Below are positions 47,808-57,463 of a stretch of DNA of 64,000 nucleotides, piece by piece. The position numbers were made by a program, and so were the translations under genes. Below the pieces are notes generated by a model, which was given only the letters and a program-made list of their open reading frames with translations, had not been told where the DNA came from and did no database searches. Every line of letters starts with the position of its first letter. Positions within the stretch are counted from its first letter, which is position 1. The stretch is from an uncultured virus (IMG/VR IMGVR_UViG_3300033141_005858) (lineage: Duplodnaviria > Heunggongvirae > Uroviricota > Caudoviricetes): IMG/VR virus record IMGVR_UViG_3300033141_005858; one strand, written 5' to 3'.

Positions 47808-48807
47808 CTCTATAACCCCGGTATAAAGCCTCAGCTAAAGAATAATTAATACTTTTCAAACCTTTCCGATAAAGCTGATAACAATAACACGCTCCCCAAC
47901 CACTCCGTACTGCCTTTGCTACAAACTTCCTCAAACCTAAAAAACTAACTTTCTCTTTCTCTCCTAAACGTGCTATTTTTATCCCCTTATCATTCTCAGG
48001 AATTGCCTCCCCAGGAGCAAACTCCTGTATTAAATAACTAACCCCTTCTCCTCCAACCCGATCTACACACTCTTCTGGAACCACCATCAAAGCATCATCA
48101 AATTTAGAATGTATACTATCAATATAACTCATTTTCTCTTTACCTGTAAGATTAACACTAAAATCCCATACAATTCTAAATCTTCGACCCCAATCAACGA
48201 AATCCATAAGAAAATCTTTTAATTGATTTTTAAACTCCGGAGAATATTTAATATCAGAATCAAAAGGAGATAAATAAACGGTTAAACCCCGCTCAGTTAA
48301 AATTGAAAAAACCAAATTTAACCATTTTCTAAATGCCTTATCTGAAAATTTATAACCGGTCTCCTGAATTTTTTCTAAAACCTCTAACGAAAATAAATTA
48401 AAATAAGTATTATTTATTAACCTCTCCGATAACCTATTACTAAAAAACCGAATATCTGAAATCGAATAAGATAACAAAGACGGTACCGAAAACATCAAGG
48501 GTACTTTTAAATCTATCACATTAAATAATAAAGCTTCTTCAACTAGTAACTTACCCCCCATAAAAACTTTAAAATCTACAACATCAGTCTCTTTTAGATT
48601 AACAAAAAACCTATTCCAACTCTGCCTTACAACTTTACTACCACCATCTCTTGAATCAATAGAAAAATCAATAAACTCATCATAAATACCCTTTAAAATA
48701 AATTCAATATAAATATCAGTAAAAGGCAACCAATATTCACGAGATTTCAAAAAATCTAAATCTATCCTCTTTTCTTCATCAAATAAAACATCTACTTTAA
48801 CCCTCAT
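47791..48807 (-). CDS. Hypothetical protein, apparently a diverged paralog of 21122..22369
   Basis: Colinear similarity blocks seen by eye. Confidence 0.5.
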   Translation of the reverse strand: MRVKVDVLFDEEKRIDLDFLKSREYWLPFTDIYIEFILKGIYDEFIDFSIDSRDGGSKVVRQSWNRFFVNLKETDVVDFKVFMGGKLLVEEALLFNVIDLKVPLMFSVPSLLSYSISDIRFFSNRLSERLINNTYFNLFSLEVLEKIQETGYKFSDKAFRKWLNLVFSILTERGLTVYLSPFDSDIKYSPEFKNQLKDFLMDFVDWGRRFRIVWDFSVNLTGKEKMSYIDSIHSKFDDALMVVPEECVDRVGGEGVSYLIQEFAPGEAIPENDKGIKIARLGEKEKVSFLGLRKFVAKAVRSGWGACYCYQLYRKGLKSINYSLAEALYRGYRDATTE

Positions 48808-48822
48808 AATAAAGCTCCTTCA

Positions 48823-49221
48823 TTAACCTCCCTCTTCAAGAACACTCTTTAATTGCCTAAAAATGGTTTTTTTAAGCCTATCATCCGAAATATTATCATC
48901 AATAATTTCAATACATTTTTGGATAAAATCTCTTTGAACCTGTTCAACCCTTGAAGTCGAATTTATTTCAGAAAAAACCAATTTCAACCAATTCTGTAAT
49001 TGCCTCCTAGCATTTTCTAATTTTTTTGAACCACCATCTCCCCCCTCACACCGCTGCACCTCTATATAACTATTAGCTACCCGGTCAATAAGAACTTTAT
49101 GAAAAATAGAAACTTTCCCTTTACCACCAAAAACATCAATACCCTCTTTTACCACTTTAAGATAAGCCGCTTTCTCGTCTTTAGTAAAATCAATAACCTT
49201 AATATTTAACACAAAGACCAA
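48823..49221 (-). CDS. Possible terminase small subunit
   Basis: Small helical protein upstream of terL; synteny only. Confidence 0.35.
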   Translation of the reverse strand: MVFVLNIKVIDFTKDEKAAYLKVVKEGIDVFGGKGKVSIFHKVLIDRVANSYIEVQRCEGGDGGSKKLENARRQLQNWLKLVFSEINSTSRVEQVQRDFIQKCIEIIDDNISDDRLKKTIFRQLKSVLEEGG

Positions 49222-49243
49222 CCTCTAAAATAAAAATAAAACA

Positions 49244-50344
49244 CTACCATCCCTTTGTCAAGGTTTCAATAACATCTTTTTTACTAATCCGATTATTTTC
49301 CTTTGATTTAACCAATAAACCTAAAGAATCAATAATTTCAAAAAATAAAAGCCGCACAGCCGCCTCAGCTCCCAAGATACGAACCTTCTGCACAAATTGA
49401 TAACAACATTTCAACATTTTTACATAAACTGAACTTTCGCCTTCTCCTGTTTTCAAGGATTTTCTCAATAAATCCCCCAGAGTAGCTATAAAACCATCCA
49501 TAAACATCTCTAAATTCGGCTGTAATTTAGAAAACTGCTTAAATAAATTTAGAGCCTTATCATAATCCCCACTCTTTAACTCCTTAACAATCCTGGAAAA
49601 AACAAATATATCTCCATAATTTTCTACAATTAAACCTTTTGTTATTTTCCCAACCCCCAATACCGAAAGCTGTTCCAACATAACAATAGCCTCTCGAAGA
49701 TTACGACCACTTAAAAAATAAACTTGATTAATAACCCCATCTTCAAATTCAATATTTTCTTTTTTTAAAATACCTTCTAAAAATACCTTTACTTTAGACC
49801 ACTCTAATGATTTAAAAGAAAACTCTAACAAACGACTTTTTATTGTCTCTTTTACTTTATAAGCCTCAGTAGTCACTAAAATAAAAAATACTTTTTCCGG
49901 AGGATCTTCTAAAAGTTTTAAAAGAATATCAAAAGACCTTTGAGAGAGAGCATGGCATTCATCTAAAATAACTACCTGATAATTCAAAAAAGTATGATAA
50001 GATAATTGTCCTCTTAATTCTCTCACCTGGTCAGCCTTACCAAAAAAAGCCGAATCTATTTCTATAATACCACCGGTTCCTTTAATAATACTCTTGCAAA
50101 CATCACAAACTCCACAGGGCTCATCCCCAATTCTATTAGGACAATTCAAAGTAGCCGCAATCACCCTAGCCATAGTGGTTTTACCTACTCCGCTTTTCCC
50201 CCCAAACAGGGCTCCAGATGGAAGCGCCTTCCCCTCTCTAAAATAACTGCTTAATAAAATCCTAAAATACTTCACTACATGCTGCTGCCCAAGAACCTCA
50301 GAAAGCTTACGAGGACGGTATTTAATGCTCCACATTTTACTCAT
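49244..50344 (-). CDS. dnaX: DNA polymerase III gamma/tau-like clamp loader subunit
   Basis: KYRP..L.EVLGQ.HV, GVGKTT.AR, LNC...PCGVC..C, ILDECH and LLK.LE.PP motifs. Confidence 0.93.
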   Translation of the reverse strand: MSKMWSIKYRPRKLSEVLGQQHVVKYFRILLSSYFREGKALPSGALFGGKSGVGKTTMARVIAATLNCPNRIGDEPCGVCDVCKSIIKGTGGIIEIDSAFFGKADQVRELRGQLSYHTFLNYQVVILDECHALSQRSFDILLKLLEDPPEKVFFILVTTEAYKVKETIKSRLLEFSFKSLEWSKVKVFLEGILKKENIEFEDGVINQVYFLSGRNLREAIVMLEQLSVLGVGKITKGLIVENYGDIFVFSRIVKELKSGDYDKALNLFKQFSKLQPNLEMFMDGFIATLGDLLRKSLKTGEGESSVYVKMLKCCYQFVQKVRILGAEAAVRLLFFEIIDSLGLLVKSKENNRISKKDVIETLTKGW

Positions 50345-52836
50345 GGCAACAATTCCATTTTATTATGTTCATCTAAATAAAAAGCCTTTTCTTTGTTTAC
50401 AACAAACTTCATAACCCGCCTTTTAGAAATGCCTTTCATCAACGCAATTAAAACCGAACGAATCTGCAACTCTGTATCAAACATCTCAATAAAAAATTCT
50501 CCTTCTCTATTTCCCGTCAAAAACATCCGCAGAATTTTAGGTTTTGCATCAACCTTTCGCGCACGTGTACCAGAAAAATATCGGGTTTTATGTTGTATTA
50601 CCATCAGCTCATCCATAAACCTAAACCCATCAATATAATTAGAATATAAATCATCATTTGATAAATAAGTTTGAATCCTATATAAACCAATTAAATTTTT
50701 CCAAATAACCCTACTATACGGAAAAAAGGATACCAACTTTATACCAAAAAGATGCTCATTAATCCTCCCAAGTTTCTCCATACTAAAATTAATATTTTTC
50801 CTCAAACCCACAGAAAAATAATCTACACCAGAAAACCAATTCCCATTATCCCTATCTGCAACAAACCGAACTTTATTAGTCGCTAAAGGAACCTCTGCCA
50901 ACCAAAAAGCACGATGAATCTGGGCTTTCCAATGAGAATTAGAAACTGTATTAAATTTATCTTCAATATGAAATTTAACCATAATTAAACTCTGAGCAAT
51001 AGACTCTCCTGCTTTTTGCACTTGAGATAAATCATAATCATCCAACTTTGGTCTAATCTTTAATAACGACATCTTTTGATTTTTATGCTTAATATATAAA
51101 TTTTTCAATGCCTTTTTCGAAACCCCTCTATCAACACAATCCCAAAGAAAAACTTCATCTAAACTCCGCTCTCTCATAAAATGCTCCCACTTAGCCCCCC
51201 GCTGTTTCATATTCTCCTCAAGATTTTTCTTTGTATCCTTCCCCAATGAAACATAAAAAGGACGATCTAACTTTAAAGCCGTATCAACGAAAGCTTCGGC
51301 AAAACGAGTATCCCCCATATGAAGTCCCTGGACAGTCCACAAAAAATTCTCTTCACTCTTCCCACCACCTCCACGAGGATAATCTATCCCTAAAGCATCT
51401 AAATGCTTATCTACTTCTTTCCAAGGTTGCTTCTCGTCTATTGTAGGTTTTTTATACTGTAAAGGAGTAGCCGGCTCTACAAAAAGAGGAGTCCATGAAG
51501 CCTTTATTTTTATTTTAGACTTCTTATACTCTTTATAATCCACGATCCGCTTCAATAAAGCGAAAAACTCTTCGTAATCATCCCAAGTTTCTCCTAAATT
51601 AGAAATCATAAAAAATTTAATCCTTTTAAATTTACCACTATCTATCGCAATTCGACAAGCCTTCTCTATATCTTCTTCTGTAATCCCCTTCCCCAACTGA
51701 ACACGAATCCTTTGTGAAACCCCCTCAACTCCAAGAGCTAATTGATTCATCCCACGCTCAGCTAATAAATCATCAAAATAAGAATCTTCAATAAAAGCAT
51801 CCATTCTCATTGATAAAGGATCAATAAAATCATTCGTCTTACTAAGACGAACTAATAATTCTTTTTTATTTGTATAATAAGCAAACTCAGCCGCAATCGG
51901 ACAAACTCCTTTATAGCTACCACCAAATTTCTTATTTGTATTTAAAGCCCGAACAGCTTCCTCCACACCCCGTTCTCTATAAGGACGGTATTTCCAACCA
52001 AGCCCACAAAACAAACAGGCTCCACGACAACCTCTAGATATTTCTGCCTCTCCTAAACCCATTGTAGCATCAGTATAAGAAGGAATCGGTTTGAGTAAAG
52101 GCTCTTCTTCATTCAAATCCTTACAAACAATCCGCCTAAACTTTGTCCGCAAACCAGAAACAAAAGGTTTCCATTTTATAAACTTTTCATCTCTATAAAC
52201 TGGTTTATAACATTTTGGAACAAAAATATAATCAAATTCTTTTTGCAAACGATACAAGCTTTTATTATACTCTTCAAATTTATCAAGCAAAGGAAACAAA
52301 CCAGCCTCAGCCTCTCCAAAATAAATAAGATCTACCACAGGATAAGCCGGAGCAAAATTACCAAACATCGCACTCCCACCAATCATAAAAACAGGATCTT
52401 TTCTATTTCGATCTTTTCGAAAAGGTGAAACCCCACTCATTCGAAGCATTAACGGAAAATTCCACCAGGGCATCACAAAGCTCAAAGAAGTCATCACAAT
52501 ATCATATTCCCCTAAACTATGCTTTGTTTCCAAACCAAATATCGGAATTTTATATTTTCTAAAAAACCGATATTCTCTTTCTGCATTCGGAAAAAAGGCT
52601 CGGTCACAAATAATATTATCTTTTTTATTTAACATTTGATACAACAATGGAACCGTTTGATTCCCTCTAACATCTTCATATCGAACAGGAATAGCCAACA
52701 GAATTTTCAGCCCTGCTTCTTCCCAGATTTTACCATGCGTATTTGGTTCTTTACCTAAATAGACTTCTGGTCTTTCCAAATCAACCTTATGCCTTTCTAA
52801 AAACTCTTCTATTTCTTCAGGACTTCTTAATAACAT
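50341..52836 (-). CDS. B12-binding-type radical SAM protein (TIGR03960-like) with DUF2344-like C-terminus
   Basis: ERP..YLG.E.N start, EISRGCRGACLFC and RPYRER motifs; C-terminal segment resembles the radical SAM-linked domain. Confidence 0.8.
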   Translation of the reverse strand: MLLRSPEEIEEFLERHKVDLERPEVYLGKEPNTHGKIWEEAGLKILLAIPVRYEDVRGNQTVPLLYQMLNKKDNIICDRAFFPNAEREYRFFRKYKIPIFGLETKHSLGEYDIVMTSLSFVMPWWNFPLMLRMSGVSPFRKDRNRKDPVFMIGGSAMFGNFAPAYPVVDLIYFGEAEAGLFPLLDKFEEYNKSLYRLQKEFDYIFVPKCYKPVYRDEKFIKWKPFVSGLRTKFRRIVCKDLNEEEPLLKPIPSYTDATMGLGEAEISRGCRGACLFCGLGWKYRPYRERGVEEAVRALNTNKKFGGSYKGVCPIAAEFAYYTNKKELLVRLSKTNDFIDPLSMRMDAFIEDSYFDDLLAERGMNQLALGVEGVSQRIRVQLGKGITEEDIEKACRIAIDSGKFKRIKFFMISNLGETWDDYEEFFALLKRIVDYKEYKKSKIKIKASWTPLFVEPATPLQYKKPTIDEKQPWKEVDKHLDALGIDYPRGGGGKSEENFLWTVQGLHMGDTRFAEAFVDTALKLDRPFYVSLGKDTKKNLEENMKQRGAKWEHFMRERSLDEVFLWDCVDRGVSKKALKNLYIKHKNQKMSLLKIRPKLDDYDLSQVQKAGESIAQSLIMVKFHIEDKFNTVSNSHWKAQIHRAFWLAEVPLATNKVRFVADRDNGNWFSGVDYFSVGLRKNINFSMEKLGRINEHLFGIKLVSFFPYSRVIWKNLIGLYRIQTYLSNDDLYSNYIDGFRFMDELMVIQHKTRYFSGTRARKVDAKPKILRMFLTGNREGEFFIEMFDTELQIRSVLIALMKGISKRRVMKFVVNKEKAFYLDEHNKMELLP

Positions 52837-53374
52837 TAGCCAAAACCCTCATAGAATCAAGAAATTTATCTAAATTAGCTTTTCGATTATAACAAACAGC
52901 AGCCGGATGAATAGAAACCACGACTTTAAACCCACCACTATGCTTAAAAACATTACCGTTATATTCGGAAACCTTATTTATTCCACATAAAAAATAATTA
53001 GGCTGGGCTCCTAAGATTAAGACCACCTTAGGCTTAACAAGTTCAAACTCCTTCCTCAAAAAAAGATTAAAACAAGTCTTAGCCTCCTCTTTTCTTAAAT
53101 TCCTATTGTCTTTCGTTTTACACTTACACAGATTTGTAATAAATACTTCAGATCGCCGGATACCCACATATTCAAGACCCGCATCTAACACATGACCAGC
53201 CTGCCCAACAAAAGGTCTCCCTAATCTATCCTCTACGTCTCCGGGGTTCCTACCCACAATCATTAAATCACTACCAGACTCCCTGCCCTCAAAAGGAACC
53301 GGATTTAAACATTCCTTACGTGCAGAACAAGCTTTACACTGTAATATAGAATTAATCAAATTTTCTCGACTCAT
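52817..53374 (-). CDS. Uracil-DNA glycosylase family 4-like protein
   Basis: CxxC Fe-S ligands, PG..ED..GRPFVG.AG, FITN..KC...NR and HPAA motifs. Confidence 0.88.
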   Translation of the reverse strand: MSRENLINSILQCKACSARKECLNPVPFEGRESGSDLMIVGRNPGDVEDRLGRPFVGQAGHVLDAGLEYVGIRRSEVFITNLCKCKTKDNRNLRKEEAKTCFNLFLRKEFELVKPKVVLILGAQPNYFLCGINKVSEYNGNVFKHSGGFKVVVSIHPAAVCYNRKANLDKFLDSMRVLANVIKKS

Positions 53375-53715
53375 TCAAAATCCTCTTCCTTATATTTTTT
53401 CAAACGCGGTTTCCAAATCATCAACTTTCCATTTCTTTTCTTTTTCACTTTCCTCCAGCCCCAAAGTTGAATTGGATTAGACTTTATCCACCTCCTAGCA
53501 AATCTATTATTTAAAATCTTTTGATCATGCTCCTTAAAACGTGAATCACAAGCCTGTACCGCACAAATACCATCATCTGTAATTGCTATAATATCAATAA
53601 AATCAAAAAGATCTTTCCGTTTTTTTACATAAGGATTCCAATGCTCCACAATCCCACAATCATAACCTAAATCTCTTAACACCTTTAAAGTCCGTTGCAC
53701 ACTTTTAGTAGCCAT
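53371..53715 (-). CDS. PD-(D/E)XK nuclease / Holliday junction resolvase-like
   Basis: LR..GY....VE.WN....R.DLF.F.DIIA......AVQ pattern. Confidence 0.7.
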   Translation of the reverse strand: MATKSVQRTLKVLRDLGYDCGIVEHWNPYVKKRKDLFDFIDIIAITDDGICAVQACDSRFKEHDQKILNNRFARRWIKSNPIQLWGWRKVKKKRNGKLMIWKPRLKKYKEEDFE

Positions 53716-54297
53716 TTACTTATCCATTTTATCAAATTTTCTAGGTAAGATTTTACTACTTGTTCTATTTTCTGGCTCCGCATGATAACAAGCCCGCTTC
53801 CCATCTCCACTCTCATAAACTTTCATAGGATAAGAAAACCCACAATCTTCCATCATCTCCCGAACACATTGATCTGTAGGCACCCACCAATTAGAAAAAT
53901 TATTATCATAATGATTCCCACCACAATATTCCGCAAACGAACCAGGAGACTTTAAAACTTCCGTTTCTAAAAATATCTTCTTCCTTGTTTTATTTTTAAG
54001 CCGTATTAATAAATCAATAGGACTTTCTATATGATAAAGAACTCCCGCACATAAAACATAATCAAAATCCCGCAACTCCAAGAACTTAGGAGACATTACA
54101 TCTAACTGAAAAAAATGAAACTGAGAATGCTTAATAAGAAACGGAGACTTTACTATATCGATACCTACCGCAAACACAGCTCCTCTACGAATCGCTTCGC
54201 CACACATATCACCACTCCAGCACCCTATATCTAAAAAAGTTTCGTTAGAAAGCGTTTCTGGCATTCTATATACTTCCCATCTTTGTTTGGCATTCAT
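53716..54297 (-). CDS. Class I SAM-dependent methyltransferase (CmoB/DUF1698-like)
   Basis: LDIGCWSG, FDYVLC.GVLYH and NWWVP motifs; start moved to MNAKQ. Confidence 0.85.
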   Translation of the reverse strand: MNAKQRWEVYRMPETLSNETFLDIGCWSGDMCGEAIRRGAVFAVGIDIVKSPFLIKHSQFHFFQLDVMSPKFLELRDFDYVLCAGVLYHIESPIDLLIRLKNKTRKKIFLETEVLKSPGSFAEYCGGNHYDNNFSNWWVPTDQCVREMMEDCGFSYPMKVYESGDGKRACYHAEPENRTSSKILPRKFDKMDK

Positions 54298-54298
54298 A

Positions 54299-54922
54299 TC
54301 ATTTCTCCTTTTTAACAATAGTTTTATGCTCCTTCTGTTCAAATTTATATAAAACATCAGCATAGCTCCCAAAATCTTCACAATGGGCTAACAAGACAAT
54401 CTGAATCTTCAATTTTTCAGAAAGCTCTTTTAACAATTTAGACATCCTTCGTTTATATAAATCAGACAAATGAAGCAAACCAGCATCTAATACAAGTAAA
54501 TTCGAGATCTCATCTTTTTTATAAACCAAGAAAAAAAGATGCAATAAAATACTAACCACCTCAACTAAACCCCCTCCCCTAGCCTCAGCCACCTTTGTCC
54601 TCAAACCACTTGTATCAATTCTAAAATCAATTCTTAAATCTTTTCCTTCATAATTAGAAATTGTTTCAAATTTATAACCTTCTCCAAACACAGAAAATAA
54701 ACCATAAGTAATAAAATCCTCTAACTGCTTCAGCAAATCCTCCTGCTGTAACCCACCAAGACTCTTAAACAACTCAGCCACCTGAACAAGAATACCAAGC
54801 TCTTCTCGCTTCTCATTTATAGTAAGCCTTAATTTTGTTTCCTCCTTTTTAGAAAAAGCAAGCTCCGCCTTTTGCCTATTAACAACTTCAATTAAATTAT
54901 CTATTCTTTTTTGTGTATTCAT
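54299..54922 (-). CDS. SbcC/Rad50 C-terminal half (ABC signature, Walker B, H-loop)
   Basis: Coiled coil, RGGG signature, LVLDAG Walker B variant, LLAH. Confidence 0.8.
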   Translation of the reverse strand: MNTQKRIDNLIEVVNRQKAELAFSKKEETKLRLTINEKREELGILVQVAELFKSLGGLQQEDLLKQLEDFITYGLFSVFGEGYKFETISNYEGKDLRIDFRIDTSGLRTKVAEARGGGLVEVVSILLHLFFLVYKKDEISNLLVLDAGLLHLSDLYKRRMSKLLKELSEKLKIQIVLLAHCEDFGSYADVLYKFEQKEHKTIVKKEK

Positions 54923-56043
54923 TGTACTAAGCTAATAATCCCTCTGCTGTCTTCACCCTTCAAAACAACATAATTACCCCGCACTTCAAACTCAATAACC
55001 TCATCCTTCACAGAAGAAAGAGCATCTTTTAATAAGGAATAATCTAGTTTATAAACCCCAGGCTTCTCAGACCCCTCTATATGAATTGCTATCTTCTCAC
55101 TGCTCTTATTACCAACCCTATCCTCAGCCTTTATAAGCACCTCTTTCCCCGAAGATAAATCAATTTCTATAATATTATTATCTTCATCCACAGAACCTAC
55201 TCTCTCTATTACAGACTTTAATCTCTTTACCTCTGTATGAAACCCTAAACCACTTTCCGGTAAACTGTTTTTCAGAAGCTCCTCGCTAAAACCTTCTTCC
55301 TGTTTTCTATAAATAAAATAATCTGAACCTAGAATAAAATATAAGTTTCCATCAAGCTCTCTTATCATGATCTCATCTTCAACTGAATTTTTAACAAATT
55401 TAAACAAACCAAAAGCCTCAAAAGGAATATGGACAGGCTCCTTCAAATTAAACCCCTTCCCTTCTATTTCCTGATAACAAGAATATAAATCAGAAGCTCT
55501 TCCGCCTTCTTTGGTCAACACAATTCTTTGTTTGTTTGCCTGAAAAGTAAATTTAGGAACAGCATAAATAACACGATTAACCACATCAACAAAATCTTTT
55601 CTATTAACTACTCCCAGCTCTTTACTCTTTTTAAAACCCGAATCTTCAACAGCAGTTATATTTCGAACTCCCTCCTTTTGAGGAGCTTCCCATAAAAACC
55701 AAGTAGCATTAAAAGAACCAGACAAAACCTTCACTTTATTCTTTTTCAAGGTAAACTCTATTTCTGCATCTTCAGGTAAATGCTTCACTAAATTATGCAA
55801 ATAAGAATCTTTAACAAAAAACATACTTTTTTCATCATCCTGTAACTTATCAGACAAGTTTAAACGAACAACACCAGTCACTTCTCCATTAGTCCTTAAC
55901 ACAAAAAGATTTTCACCTGTCAACGAATCAGGAATAAAACCAAAACTCGCACACTTCTCCTGATGACCAGTTTTAACAGATATAGACATTAACTTATCCA
56001 AAACTGACTCTAAAAATACTTTATTGACTTTAAAATTCATCAA
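54919..56043 (-). CDS. dnaN: DNA polymerase III beta sliding clamp-like protein
   Basis: 374 aa with a three-domain pattern (FKVNK..L, LVKHLP, RV.YAV, LKSVIERV, Y.LLKDAL). Confidence 0.75.
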   Translation of the reverse strand: MMNFKVNKVFLESVLDKLMSISVKTGHQEKCASFGFIPDSLTGENLFVLRTNGEVTGVVRLNLSDKLQDDEKSMFFVKDSYLHNLVKHLPEDAEIEFTLKKNKVKVLSGSFNATWFLWEAPQKEGVRNITAVEDSGFKKSKELGVVNRKDFVDVVNRVIYAVPKFTFQANKQRIVLTKEGGRASDLYSCYQEIEGKGFNLKEPVHIPFEAFGLFKFVKNSVEDEIMIRELDGNLYFILGSDYFIYRKQEEGFSEELLKNSLPESGLGFHTEVKRLKSVIERVGSVDEDNNIIEIDLSSGKEVLIKAEDRVGNKSSEKIAIHIEGSEKPGVYKLDYSLLKDALSSVKDEVIEFEVRGNYVVLKGEDSRGIISLVQ

Positions 56044-56350
56044 ATTCCTCCAAAATATCTAAATTATCCTTTTCCGAATCAGAAGACAAAAACTTACCAA
56101 CTAACTTTTCCTTTTCACTTATCTCTTTTTTTAAAATCTCCTCCTTTTCTCGAACAACTTTTTCCAATTTTTGTATTACTAAATCTAAATCTTTTATTTC
56201 ATCTTTTTTTAATAATTTTTTAGCCTCATCAACTAATTCTTTATTCCTCTGCTTCGCCTGCGCTTTTCGTTCTCTTAAAATTGCCAGCTCCTGAGATAAA
56301 GAATTATAACGGTTCAGTAACCGCTTGTACTCTAATTTTAAATCATCCAT
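56030..56350 (-). CDS. Coiled-coil protein
   Basis: Continuous heptads. Confidence 0.7.
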   Translation of the reverse strand: MDDLKLEYKRLLNRYNSLSQELAILRERKAQAKQRNKELVDEAKKLLKKDEIKDLDLVIQKLEKVVREKEEILKKEISEKEKLVGKFLSSDSEKDNLDILEEFDEF

Positions 56351-56570
56351 GGTTCCTCCCTCTTACAACACGCCTCTGCCAATGATGCCCTTTATTGTTT
56401 TTATCATGCTTACGCTTCCATAACTTTTTTAACTTTCGACTTTCCTCAGTATTCTTATCAGCAATAAACTTTGAACCACATTCACATAAATAAATAATCA
56501 TTTTTCTGGCTCCAAATAAAGTAAAATAAAACCTAAAATTGACCAAACCCCTACTACAAAAATCAACCAT
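56343..56570 (-). CDS. Small hypothetical protein
   Basis: CxCG motif; start probably MIIYL. Confidence 0.5.
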   Translation of the reverse strand: MVDFCSRGLVNFRFYFTLFGARKMIIYLCECGSKFIADKNTEESRKLKKLWKRKHDKNNKGHHWQRRVVRGRNHG

Positions 56571-56689
56571 TTCTGAATATTATGGATAACCGGATTAACA
56601 CAACCTGACAAAATCTCACCTGAAGAAATAGCAAAAATTATAAACAAAACCAGAAAAAAGAATTTTTTAGTTGTTTTTTTAACTGCCAT
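56498..56689 (-). CDS. Small two-TM membrane protein
   Basis: Two hydrophobic helices. Confidence 0.6.
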   Translation of the reverse strand: MAVKKTTKKFFFLVLFIIFAISSGEILSGCVNPVIHNIQKWLIFVVGVWSILGFILLYLEPEK

Positions 56690-57463
56690 TTACTTTCTCC
56701 TTTTTATATAGATATTAAAAATACCATCTTTATTTCTCTGACTTTCAAATAAATCCATATCCTCTTGACACCAATTTCTCACTGGGCAATTCCAACACTC
56801 TTCCATATTTTTATTAAATTTTCTTTGCTGTACATCAGCAAGAGTCTTTTTTAAATCCTTTTCAAACTGAGCAAGATCTTCCTTATTATATTCGACTGTT
56901 TCTAAACCCTTCGTTCTTAAAGGAACCAAAAAAGCCAAATTTTTTGCCTCTATTCCCGAATGCACAAAAAGCCATTTATAAAAAAATAACTGCCCTTTCT
57001 TTAAATATTTAAGGCTTTCCGTTATTTTCAAATCCCAAATTGCATTCTCTTCTGGTAACCAAATATCAATCTTACCGGTAAAGGTAAAAGACCCTCCTTT
57101 AAACAAAATCTTCTTTTGGGTAATTAACTTCTTTTTATCTAACCCCAGCTCAAACGAAAGCGCCTCTAAAGCCTCCACGCTCTTTTGCAACTTATATAAT
57201 AATTTATAATAATCGTCACTAGACCTATATTTAACATTCACCTTCTTCAACCACCAATCAAATATATCTTTAGCTTTTCCCTGCATCCAACCTTCAGAAA
57301 AATTCCTCTCTACCCATTTAGTAAATAACCAATCTCCAACAATCCCAACAATAAAAGGTCTATGATCTACTTTATCTCTTGGAATAACCTTCTCAATAAA
57401 CTGCAACCGCGCTCTTAACGGACACCTTCTATACGTATCTAAAAACGTCCATGAAATATTCAT
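56690..57463 (-). CDS. RecB/Cas4-like PD-(D/E)XK exonuclease
   Basis: S.T....Y.RCP, GKID, WDLK, QL.FY and C-terminal CxxCx5C motifs. Confidence 0.85.
   Translation of the reverse strand: MNISWTFLDTYRRCPLRARLQFIEKVIPRDKVDHRPFIVGIVGDWLFTKWVERNFSEGWMQGKAKDIFDWWLKKVNVKYRSSDDYYKLLYKLQKSVEALEALSFELGLDKKKLITQKKILFKGGSFTFTGKIDIWLPEENAIWDLKITESLKYLKKGQLFFYKWLFVHSGIEAKNLAFLVPLRTKGLETVEYNKEDLAQFEKDLKKTLADVQQRKFNKNMEECWNCPVRNWCQEDMDLFESQRNKDGIFNIYIKRRK

Noticed and set aside
56690..57463. CRISPR-associated Cas4
   Set aside because: It is a stand-alone nuclease in a recombination block; no cas1/cas2 or CRISPR array is present.
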